Below, piece after piece: positions 55,595-64,000 of a stretch of DNA of 64,000 nt. The notes below the pieces were generated by a model, which saw only the letters and a program-made list of their open reading frames with translations, did no database searches and was not told where the DNA came from. Positions within the stretch are counted from its first letter, which is position 1; each line of letters starts with the position of its first letter. The translations under genes were made by a program, and so were the position numbers. This DNA is from Desulfomonilia bacterium (GTDB lineage: Bacteria > Desulfobacterota > Desulfomonilia > UBA1062), in assembly GCA_050014195.1 (NCBI GenBank), contig JBEKDT010000001.1:288001-352000 (forward strand), written 5' to 3'.

Positions 55595-58510
55595 ATGCCC
55601 AAGCAAGGCTGGGAAAAGATGGTGAGTGATATCCCCTATGATCACTTGAAAGGGCCTTTCCAAATCATGGCTTATTCCGAATTCATGCCGGCACCACGTA
55701 TTGGGTGGCGTCCATATGGCATGAACCATCGTGCACCGCGTAATCCCGTAAACCCTTTTAACTGGCTGGTTAGTGAACGTGAACAGGCCTTTGAATTGAC
55801 ACCGGGTCTTCAGTTCATAGCAGGAGAGGTATTGCATGTTTTACAGCATCTGGAACAGGAACAGCCGGCATATGGCATCAACCGCACCAAACTCGATGGG
55901 AACTGTTATTGGCCGAAGGAGCTGGCTGAACTATCTGATAATCTCCCACATGAGCGTAATGTGATCTTCATGCCGCTGGCCCTCTCGAAAACACAAGATG
56001 ACAAGGGGCGTGTGCGCTGGACGTTCTTTGGCGGTAGTGAGCAAGGACCGGATCGCGCCTTCTGGAAGAGCTTCTATTACGCTCCCGGCCGGGAACGACC
56101 TGTCGATTATGCCCTGGATTTCGTACGCCGGTTACTGCAGGCTGCATATGGAGAGACGAAAGAGCAGCTGACCGACCTGCATCGTACAGGCTTCCGTATC
56201 ATGGAAGGTTCAGGAGAAACAGCCTGCAGACTCTGGCGGCAAGACTCCTTGCCAAGTTGGACAAAACCATTTTTGTTCAAGGAGCAGGAATCCCTCAGGG
56301 GGGTGAAATACCTGCTTACCTTCCGGCCATTCGGGACTTTACCACAAAAGGTTCGAAAGGCTTATTTAGCAGGTGATCTTCATCTTCTCCCCTGCCCCGG
56401 AAGCCTGATCTTTTGGGGTACCCCCCCTTTTATAAAGTTGCAGCGGGAACTTCCATTGGCAATGCAGATCCCTCTGCTCAACGTCTGCGAACGTCATGAA
56501 GCACTGCGCGGGTTACGAATTCCACAGTCAGGCTGGTTGCACGAACCGCGAATCGATAAATCCGAGTTAGGGCAAATTCAGGATAAGTTGCGCAACACCT
56601 ATCGGCGGACCCATCGCTGGGAGCGGGTTTATCGCTTCCAGGATGATCTTGCTGTATCCGGAGGAGAAGACCGTCTAGCACATGTGCTGTTCAGCTCTGA
56701 CCCGGGGGTTGTAGAACTTTACGGCAAGCCCATGGCACGGAACTCCCAGATCTGGAACGAACAGTATGAATTGCTTCTGGATGGGCCACGCGCCGGCCGG
56801 CAAGAGCTGATCAACGCCGCCCAGGTATTGCGCAAGGGAGGCAGGTTCGGCTACCGTTTTTATTTCCCACCGATGCGGGTTGGAAAATACGAGGTTTTCT
56901 GGCATCTCCCCCTGGCGGCCTTTCTTGACCCAAGGTCGCGCAAACCTCAACTGCTGAATGATGCACCATTAGGATACTTTACAGCTTATAACAGTGATAA
57001 ACCCGACTTGGCGAGGCCTGTTGAGCTCTGGCCCGAGTTGTTACATCGCCCAGAATATCTTGCAACTCTGAGCGGTTATGAGAGGCCTTATGAACATCAC
57101 GAACACCAGGTTGCACTGAATGCCCACAAACTCATGGAGGTCTCTGATTTTTTGGGTCAAAGTGAATTACCCAATGATTTCGCACGGGCTATTCTGAATA
57201 TCCCGAAGGATCAAACCATCAAAGAGTGGCTTGATCAGGTAGCTGCAGGGAACAGCCCGAATGCAAATGGGGATCTGCTATACCATACCCTGCGCAGGAT
57301 CATTGCTCCTCAAGTCGAAACATCTTTGCATTCATTGCCCAAACCGATAACTTTTCAATACACGGCAACCCGCGCCTTTGAGGTTGCATACTGGAAGACT
57401 ATCGCCAAGCTGGCAACAGGTCGCTTCATCAACAAGGACACTGCTGATTGTATAACCGATTCAGCCTCGCAAAAGCTTCTTAAGCACAAGAAGCGTGATC
57501 TGGGTGCACTTGGTGACTGGCTTCTTTCCTACTATCGAAGGGTCATCATCAAATACGGAATGCAAGGCAAAGCCTTGGCAGGTGATTTACCATTCCAGTG
57601 GCATACTGATTTCGATTTTTCATGGATGGGTGGTTGGAATGCCAATCAATCGGGTAAAGAGTATGAGCGCAATTTGTTAATAGTGATTCCGGGAAAGGAT
57701 CACGGACGCGCAGTAATCATGGCCGATCACTATGACACGGCTTATATGGAAGATCTTTATTATAAAAAGCTCGGGGGCACACTTGCCCGCATTGCCTCTG
57801 CCGGTGCGGATGACAACCACTCCGCAACCGCTGCACTCATGTTGGCGGCACCGGTTTTCATGCAGCTCAGCCAGGCCGGGCAATTAAATTGCGATATCTG
57901 GCTGGTGCACCTGACCGGCGAAGAGTTCCCATCGGATTGTTTGGGAGCAAGACACCTTGCACAGGGATTAGTGGAACGTTCCCTCAGGTTGCGTATGCCT
58001 GGTCAAAAGTCAGTTGATCTGTCGAAGGTTACCGTCGAAGGTGTTTATGTGCTCGACATGATCGCTCACAACCGTGATCATGACCACTACGTTTTTCAGA
58101 TTTCCCCCGGTCTTTGTCCGCAATCTTTCAGATTGGCATATCAGGCGCACAAAGCAAATATGATATGGAACACTGGGATAGAAAAGTGGAACAGACGCCC
58201 AGAACGACGCAAGAGTGGACCCTCTCATCGCAGTTCCGACGGCTTAACTATTCCAGAGCTTGCCCGGTACCCGCGCTTGCATGGAGAAGTCCGTCTTCCG
58301 CGTGATATGCGTAGTTCGCTTTATAACACCGATGGTCAGATCTTTTCTGATGTGGGAATTCCAGTGGTGCTCTTCATGGAGGATTACGACATTAGTCGAG
58401 TAGGCTACCATGACACTCATGACAACATGTCCAATATTGATCTTGACTATGGAGCAGCAGTGGCGGCCATTGCGATCGAGTCAGTAGCACGTGCTTGCAG
58501 TATATGCTGA
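55595..58510 (+). CDS. Large M28-family metallopeptidase
   Basis: C-terminal ADHYDT, GADDNHS, TGEE, LDMI, YHDTHD; about 600 aa unknown N-terminus. Confidence 0.85.
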   Translation: MPKQGWEKMVSDIPYDHLKGPFQIMAYSEFMPAPRIGWRPYGMNHRAPRNPVNPFNWLVSEREQAFELTPGLQFIAGEVLHVLQHLEQEQPAYGINRTKLDGNCYWPKELAELSDNLPHERNVIFMPLALSKTQDDKGRVRWTFFGGSEQGPDRAFWKSFYYAPGRERPVDYALDFVRRLLQAAYGETKEQLTDLHRTGFRIMEGSGETACRLWRQDSLPSWTKPFLFKEQESLRGVKYLLTFRPFGTLPQKVRKAYLAGDLHLLPCPGSLIFWGTPPFIKLQRELPLAMQIPLLNVCERHEALRGLRIPQSGWLHEPRIDKSELGQIQDKLRNTYRRTHRWERVYRFQDDLAVSGGEDRLAHVLFSSDPGVVELYGKPMARNSQIWNEQYELLLDGPRAGRQELINAAQVLRKGGRFGYRFYFPPMRVGKYEVFWHLPLAAFLDPRSRKPQLLNDAPLGYFTAYNSDKPDLARPVELWPELLHRPEYLATLSGYERPYEHHEHQVALNAHKLMEVSDFLGQSELPNDFARAILNIPKDQTIKEWLDQVAAGNSPNANGDLLYHTLRRIIAPQVETSLHSLPKPITFQYTATRAFEVAYWKTIAKLATGRFINKDTADCITDSASQKLLKHKKRDLGALGDWLLSYYRRVIIKYGMQGKALAGDLPFQWHTDFDFSWMGGWNANQSGKEYERNLLIVIPGKDHGRAVIMADHYDTAYMEDLYYKKLGGTLARIASAGADDNHSATAALMLAAPVFMQLSQAGQLNCDIWLVHLTGEEFPSDCLGARHLAQGLVERSLRLRMPGQKSVDLSKVTVEGVYVLDMIAHNRDHDHYVFQISPGLCPQSFRLAYQAHKANMIWNTGIEKWNRRPERRKSGPSHRSSDGLTIPELARYPRLHGEVRLPRDMRSSLYNTDGQIFSDVGIPVVLFMEDYDISRVGYHDTHDNMSNIDLDYGAAVAAIAIESVARACSIC

Positions 58511-58577
58511 TTCTCAAAGAATCTGACTTTCCAACTATTTTATCTATAAAGATAAGAATAAAGTTATCGTTTATGCT

Positions 58578-60068
58578 TCAGACATCTTTTAAGGTACCGA
58601 GGATCTCTTCCAGTGAGTTGATACTCACATAGAGCTCCTGAGCATCTTCAGCAAGCTTTACTGCAGAGTCGGCATTGTGCGCAACGATATCCCTAGTCCT
58701 TGATATTGCCTCATTGATATATTCAATACCTGCACTGTGCTTTCTACTGTCCTCGGCAATGTGAGATATCTTCGCAACAATCTCAGTACCCTGCTCGACG
58801 ATCATGTGAAAAAATTCTGATGTCTCTTTGGCGAGATCCACACACTTCCTGGTAGCATTGACGTCCTTATAAACGATCTCCCGGATGTCTTGGGATGATT
58901 TGATCGTCTTGCGGGCAAGATTTCGTACCTCCTCAACCACCACCCAAAACCCCATACCGGCCGCTCCGGCCCTTTGCGCTTCCACTGATGCGCTCAGGGA
59001 GAGCATATTCGCTTGGAATGCAATCTCGTTTATTACAACTACGATCTTTTCAATCTGGGTGCCCAAAGCACAGATATCCTCCATGGAATCTCTCAGAGAG
59101 TCGATGAGATTCATGCGGCCAAGGACTGCCTCATTGAACGTCTTGAGATAAGACTCTACACCTGCAACTTCCTCGGTACTGCGACCGATTATCAGGGCCA
59201 GGTCTTCAAGGGTCTTTGATGTCTCGCTGAAGGCATTATTTTGATCCAGGTTGCGCGTTACCAGCTCGGCGCTCTCGGGAATAAAGTTCTTAGATGTCTG
59301 AACAATCTTTTCTATGGAGGAGGTGAACCGCCTGAGAAAAATAATTGAGATGGTCATGGTGGATATGAAGAGGGCTGCTCCTATCAGCAGTGATTCCCTA
59401 AAGCCTTGAGCAAGCACAGCATGAATAGAGCGAATGTCAAGGTCTGCCACCATTATATAGACCTTCCCGGAAGGCATTATTACCGGGATGATGACAGAGC
59501 GGAAATCACCATATTGATCGTGCGACTCCTCGAAAGAGACCCGCCTTTTGTCAAAGGCCTGTTTCAACTGGGTGGCAGCGCCTTTGTAGACCGTAAAGAA
59601 GGGATTGAAAGTGCCTTTTTTGAGTTCCTCATCTGTAGCGCTCGTGGAGGTGAACACTATGTTCCCACCTGATTCCATCATGGTATACAGATAGGTTACG
59701 TGAGCGTATTTTGCATACCGTGAAAGCTTGTGAACATTGATCAGATGTTCCTGAGAGGAAACGGAAGCATCTGAGGTGATCCTGATGTGGTATCCCTCAG
59801 GGAGGATGTAACGGACAGCATTGGCACTTGCGAGGAGCCTGTTGTCGATATCCCTCATGGCCGAGATTTTCTGGTCCTGATAGAAATAGAGAGAGAAGAC
59901 GCCTGTGGAGATGATGTTGAACAATACCACAAGGAGAAGAGCTTTTATTTGGAAGGACAGCCTCCTTTTTACCTGTGGCCGTTTGCTTTCACTATGCTCC
60001 TGAGGCATTGCAACGCAGATCCTTTCACATTCTTTCATCATAACACCATCTCTCATACTATCGGACAA
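58578..60068 (-). CDS. Methyl-accepting chemotaxis protein
   Basis: Two TMs around a sensor domain; degenerate hairpin tip IAFQANMLSLSASVEAQRAGAAGMGFWVVVEEVRNLA. Confidence 0.88.
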   Translation of the reverse strand: MSDSMRDGVMMKECERICVAMPQEHSESKRPQVKRRLSFQIKALLLVVLFNIISTGVFSLYFYQDQKISAMRDIDNRLLASANAVRYILPEGYHIRITSDASVSSQEHLINVHKLSRYAKYAHVTYLYTMMESGGNIVFTSTSATDEELKKGTFNPFFTVYKGAATQLKQAFDKRRVSFEESHDQYGDFRSVIIPVIMPSGKVYIMVADLDIRSIHAVLAQGFRESLLIGAALFISTMTISIIFLRRFTSSIEKIVQTSKNFIPESAELVTRNLDQNNAFSETSKTLEDLALIIGRSTEEVAGVESYLKTFNEAVLGRMNLIDSLRDSMEDICALGTQIEKIVVVINEIAFQANMLSLSASVEAQRAGAAGMGFWVVVEEVRNLARKTIKSSQDIREIVYKDVNATRKCVDLAKETSEFFHMIVEQGTEIVAKISHIAEDSRKHSAGIEYINEAISRTRDIVAHNADSAVKLAEDAQELYVSINSLEEILGTLKDV

Positions 60069-60226
60069 TTACACCCATTCTCATGAGAGGAATTCCATCT
60101 ATATATCCCTGAAAGACTCAATACACTTAAGTCTTTGTTGATCCATCCCGCAGGTATGAGATTAAGAATTTGACACATCCATACCTCTGTGGCACGGTGA
60201 ACCGAGAAAGTACCATCAGGTGGAAT

Positions 60227-60643
60227 ATGTCTGAACTCGTGAGATTCGGTGTATCACTCGAAGACAGTTTGCTCATAAAATTCGACAGGCTCATCAAGAA
60301 GAGGGGCTATGCGACACGGTCTGAGGCCCTTCGGGACCTTATCCGCCAGGAGCTGGTCAAAAACGAGTGGGAGGAAGACCAGGAAGTTGCCGGCACCATC
60401 ACCTTCATCTACGACCACCACAGGCGGGGCCTTTCCAGTCAGCTCACCGACCTGCAGCATGACCACCAGGACACGATCATCTCAACCCAGCACATCCACC
60501 TCGACCATCACAATTGCCTGGAGATAGTGGCCGTGAAGGGCAAGGCCAGCGAGGTTCAGGAACTCGCCGATGCCCTAAGATCGGTCAAGGGTGTGCGCCA
60601 TGGGGCCTTAAGCATGACCAGCACCGGTAAAGAGATCGAGTAG
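60227..60643 (+). CDS. nikR: Nickel-responsive regulator NikR
   Basis: VRFGVSL, RSEALRDLIR, YDHH, QH, HIHLDHHNCLE. Confidence 0.96.
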   Translation: MSELVRFGVSLEDSLLIKFDRLIKKRGYATRSEALRDLIRQELVKNEWEEDQEVAGTITFIYDHHRRGLSSQLTDLQHDHQDTIISTQHIHLDHHNCLEIVAVKGKASEVQELADALRSVKGVRHGALSMTSTGKEIE

Positions 60644-60818
60644 TATTCTTTAGGATCTGCACGATAAAAATTAAGGTTCATCTGTAGTAATGCATACTCG
60701 GATCATTGAGGAGCACACAAGAGGGAAACCTTACCACGAAGGATGAAATTCTTATGACAAACAAGAGGTTATGCATGGGATTTCAGATGATGTACCTACA
60801 TTGTCAACGCCTTGATTC

Positions 60819-60876
60819 GTGCTACGAAACATATTTTTAATAATTTATCATGGCACTTTTATTAATTATGTGTTAC
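60819..60876 (+). promoter_or_regulatory. Candidate NikR operator half-sites
   Basis: GTGCTAC (60819) and ATGGCAC-13-GTGTTAC (60850-60876) upstream of cbiM. Confidence 0.45.
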
Positions 60877-60948
60877 TGGGTTTTTAACGGTTCCCTTCCG
60901 TGATGAATAAATGGTCGTAGATTATTATGAGAGAGGATTTGGTCGAGC

Positions 60949-61635
60949 ATGCATATCCCTGATGGCTACCTATCCCCGCAAACCTATGTGCCCTTTTACG
61001 CCGTTATGATCCCATACCTGGGTATTGCCGCCCGGAAGGTCGGTAAAGTTCTCCGATCCCGGCATGTACCCCTCCTTGCCTTGGGTGCGGCCTTCTCATT
61101 CGTGATCATGATGTTCAATGTCCCCATCCCCGGCGGCACAACAGGCCACGCAGTGGGCGGGGTGATAGTCGCCGTCATCCTCGGCCCCTGGGCAGCGAGC
61201 ATCGCCGTGTCCATAGCACTCATCGTCCAGGCGCTATTATTCGGAGACGGAGGGATCACCGCCATCGGCGCCAACTGTTTCAACATGGGGGTTGTCATAC
61301 CCTTTGTGGGCTACTACACCTACAAGCTCATTTCAGGCAGCTCCGAAATAACCTCAACCCGCCGCTGGATGGCGGGCGCCATAGCAGGGTACATAGGGAT
61401 CAACGTAGCTGCGGTTCTAGCCGGGATCGAATTAGGGATTCAGCCGATGATAGCCTCCGGCCCGGATGGCCATCCGCTCTATGCACCCTACCCGCTCTCC
61501 GTCGCTGTACCGGCCATGGCCATAGAGCATCTTATCCTTTTCGGGCTGGTGGAGGCCCTGGTCACCGCATTGATCATTAAATATCTTCAGAAGGCCGATC
61601 AATCGCTCCTTACTATCTACGGAGGTGACAGATGA
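60949..61635 (+). CDS. cbiM: ECF Ni/Co transporter S component
   Basis: MHIPDGYL, GGTTGH, QALLFGDGG. Confidence 0.95.
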   Translation: MHIPDGYLSPQTYVPFYAVMIPYLGIAARKVGKVLRSRHVPLLALGAAFSFVIMMFNVPIPGGTTGHAVGGVIVAVILGPWAASIAVSIALIVQALLFGDGGITAIGANCFNMGVVIPFVGYYTYKLISGSSEITSTRRWMAGAIAGYIGINVAAVLAGIELGIQPMIASGPDGHPLYAPYPLSVAVPAMAIEHLILFGLVEALVTALIIKYLQKADQSLLTIYGGDR

Positions 61636-61976
61636 GTAACGGGAATTCCACCATGAAAAAGATGTGGATCGGGCTTGTGGTCCTTGCCCTTTTGTCCCCT
61701 GTGGGCATCATCATCCCGGATAAAGTAAAGGCTGGATCTGCATGGGGGGAATGGGGCACGGACGAGATCCAGAAGATGGTGGGATTTGTCCCGCAGGGCA
61801 TGCAGAAGCTCGCCGATATCTGGCAGGCCCCCATGCCGGATTACGCCTTCAAAGGTTGGGACAGGATGGGCCTTGGCATGCTGAGCCTGGCCTACGTCAT
61901 CTCGGCAGCCGTGGGTATTGGCATTATCGCTGCGATTACCATGCTCTCCGGAAAAATTGTGAACAAGAAGGAATAG
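61632..61976 (+). CDS. NikN/PDGLE-like accessory membrane subunit
   Basis: Two TMs, AWGEW and APMPDY motifs. Confidence 0.85.
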   Translation: MSNGNSTMKKMWIGLVVLALLSPVGIIIPDKVKAGSAWGEWGTDEIQKMVGFVPQGMQKLADIWQAPMPDYAFKGWDRMGLGMLSLAYVISAAVGIGIIAAITMLSGKIVNKKE

Positions 61977-62915
61977 ATGATCCCTGACTGGCTTACCCAA
62001 GACTGTTCGTCAATACCGCTGCCTGCCTCGCCGCACCGGGGCAGGTCCGGTTTTGTGGAAAAGACCATAGGCAATGCCGCGCACTTTCTCAGGGACACCA
62101 TGGTCTCCGAGGCCGTTGCCAGGCGCAGCGGCCTGATGCAGGCCCTGGACCCGCGTATAAAGCTCATAACCACCCTCGCCATTATCGTAAGCGTGAGCAT
62201 CATGAGGTCTCCGATTACCATCTGGGGAGTTTATGTGTTCACGCTTCTGCTTGCTGTCGCCTCATCCATTTCCCTCATATTCTTCATCAAGCGGGTCTGG
62301 CTCTTTATCCCGTTGTTCTCTGCCGTCATCGTCGTTCCGGCTCTGTTCAATGTGGTAACACCAGGAGAACCCGTCTGGACCGTATTTCGTCTTGCACGGG
62401 GCTATGATATCGGTCCATACCACATCCCCGACACAATCGCAGTGACCCGCCAGGGCGTGCTCACTGCCGTCACATTCATCGGCAGGGTCTCGGCATCGGT
62501 CTCTCTGGCAGTGCTGCTGACGCTCACAACGCTGTGGAGCGAGTTGCTGCAAGCACTCAGTGTCCTCAAGGTACCGCGGATATTCATCCTTATCCTCGGC
62601 ATGACATACCGGTACATCATCCTCCTGGTGCATACGGTCTATGATATCCATGTGGCCCGGAAGAGCAGGACCATCCAATACGGCTCCACCGGGAGCGAGC
62701 AGCGCTGGGTGGCCTCACGCATGGGCTACCTTCTGAAAAAAACCTATATGTTGAGCCAGGACGTGCACAGCGCCATGTTGTCGCGTGGGTTTTCCGGGGA
62801 TGTGAGAACGCTGAATGCATCCTCGATAAGAGGCTACGATTATGCATGGTCGCTGTTCGTCCTATTCATCTGTGCGGTTGCGCTTGTTGCCGACCATACC
62901 ATGGTTCCATGGTAA
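61977..62915 (+). CDS. cbiQ: ECF T component
   Basis: LDPRIK, YRYI, ARKSR, AMLSRGF. Confidence 0.93.
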   Translation: MIPDWLTQDCSSIPLPASPHRGRSGFVEKTIGNAAHFLRDTMVSEAVARRSGLMQALDPRIKLITTLAIIVSVSIMRSPITIWGVYVFTLLLAVASSISLIFFIKRVWLFIPLFSAVIVVPALFNVVTPGEPVWTVFRLARGYDIGPYHIPDTIAVTRQGVLTAVTFIGRVSASVSLAVLLTLTTLWSELLQALSVLKVPRIFILILGMTYRYIILLVHTVYDIHVARKSRTIQYGSTGSEQRWVASRMGYLLKKTYMLSQDVHSAMLSRGFSGDVRTLNASSIRGYDYAWSLFVLFICAVALVADHTMVPW

Positions 62916-62925
62916 AGAGGTATGG

Positions 62926-63720
62926 ATGAGAACTCCCCTCTTTGAACTCTCGGCAGTAAGCTATCGCTATCATGCCGCCATCCCTGCCATTGAGGGGATC
63001 AACCTTTCGATCCAATATGGCGAATCCCTGGCAATACTCGGGGCCAACGGGTCGGGAAAATCAACCCTCATGCACATGCTGGACGGACTCATATTCCCGA
63101 CCACCGGGGCCGTAAGGGCATTCGGCGAGGTCCTCACTGAAGATAAACTTGAAACCGATACTTTCCGCCATTTTTTCAGGAGCAGGGTGGGCTTTGTCTT
63201 CCAGAACCCCGATATCCAGCTCTTCTGTCCCAAGGTCTATGATGAGATCGCATTCGGTCCGCTTCAGCTCGGACTTCCGGCAGGGGAGGTCATGAAAAGG
63301 ATCGATGACGTCCTTACCATGCTCGGTATCTCTTCTCTGAAAGACCGGACACCCAGCCAGCTCTCCGGAGGGGAAAAGAAACGGGTCGCTATTGCATCGG
63401 TACTATCGTTGAATCCCCAGGTCCTGCTTATGGATGAGCCCACCAGTTCCCTCGACCTCAGAACGCGCCACTGGCTGATAGGGCTCGTCAGCGAGCTCCA
63501 AAAGGCCGGGAAAACCATCATCACCACGACCCATGACATCTCCCTGGTGAAGCAGATCTCCTCACGGGTGATCGTGCTGGGGGAAGACCATAGTATCATC
63601 GCCGACGGGACACCCTCAGAGATCATCACGGACCATGAACTCCTGCACCGGGCCAATATCATACATGAACACGATCTGGACACATTCGGATATTCGAAGG
63701 AAACCCGAAGATCTGTCTAA
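62926..63720 (+). CDS. cbiO: ECF ATPase
   Basis: GANGSGKST, FQNPD, LSGGEKKR, MDEPT. Confidence 0.94.
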   Translation: MRTPLFELSAVSYRYHAAIPAIEGINLSIQYGESLAILGANGSGKSTLMHMLDGLIFPTTGAVRAFGEVLTEDKLETDTFRHFFRSRVGFVFQNPDIQLFCPKVYDEIAFGPLQLGLPAGEVMKRIDDVLTMLGISSLKDRTPSQLSGGEKKRVAIASVLSLNPQVLLMDEPTSSLDLRTRHWLIGLVSELQKAGKTIITTTHDISLVKQISSRVIVLGEDHSIIADGTPSEIITDHELLHRANIIHEHDLDTFGYSKETRRSV

Positions 63721-63779
63721 GATGAGATATTCCAGATGATAAAATTGATAATCCTGATGTTATACCTTGAGCCTGATAA

Positions 63780-64000
63780 CTATTCCCGTTCTTTCTTGAT
63801 GCACGGAAGGTAGATTGTGAATGTGCTGCCTCTGTTCGGAGCACTTTCAAGGATGATCTCGCCGTTCAGAGAACTCGCTATTCGCTGAACCGTCGCCAGG
63901 CCAAGGCCCGTGCCCTTCCCCTGTTCCTTGGTGGTGAAGAACGGCTCGAATATGTGTTTTCTGGTCTCATCATCCATGCCGCACCCGGTATCACTCACCG
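63780..64000 (-). CDS. Histidine kinase C-terminus (partial)
   Basis: [30 protein letters not shown]. Confidence 0.9.
   Translation of the reverse strand, partial: VSDTGCGMDDETRKHIFEPFFTTKEQGKGTGLGLATVQRIASSLNGEIILESAPNRGSTFTIYLPCIKKERE

Overview
The window has two parts. Positions 1-41004 are the right-hand part of an integrative conjugative element (ICE). Its right end is a duplicated 3' half of tRNA-Cys(GCA) next to a tyrosine integrase; no left att copy was seen, so the element probably continues left of the window. It carries a defence-like cargo block (sbcD, an RloC-like ABC-ATPase/HEPN protein, two more HEPN-type proteins, a split GIY-YIG protein, a PocR kinase/receiver pair, vapBC) and a P-type Trb T4SS with an unannotated trbK lipoprotein and a TrwB/TraD-like coupling protein. 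It also carries Gabija, a secreted S1/P1 nuclease, umuDC plus SRAP, a MOBQ TraA relaxase with a recognisable oriT, and a leading region with ardC, a DUF4942-like gene and an unknown gene. Positions 41005-64000 look like host chromosome, probably Desulfobacterota-like (inference). This part has hup, an aldo/keto reductase, a sigma54 operon (APC permease-PII fusion, PII, NifA-like activator), tRNA-Gln(CTG), a strip of gene debris, PAS-LuxR, a large M28 peptidase, an MCP and nikR-cbiMNQO. The strongest novel signal is a four-copy non-coding repeat placed before each leading-region gene and before xis-int. It folds into a covarying hairpin. One arm has an intact sigma54 -24 box with a broken -12 box, and the other has the reverse, so a complete, pre-melted sigma54 promoter could form only on single-stranded DNA. 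All calls were made by eye from motifs; no searches were run.
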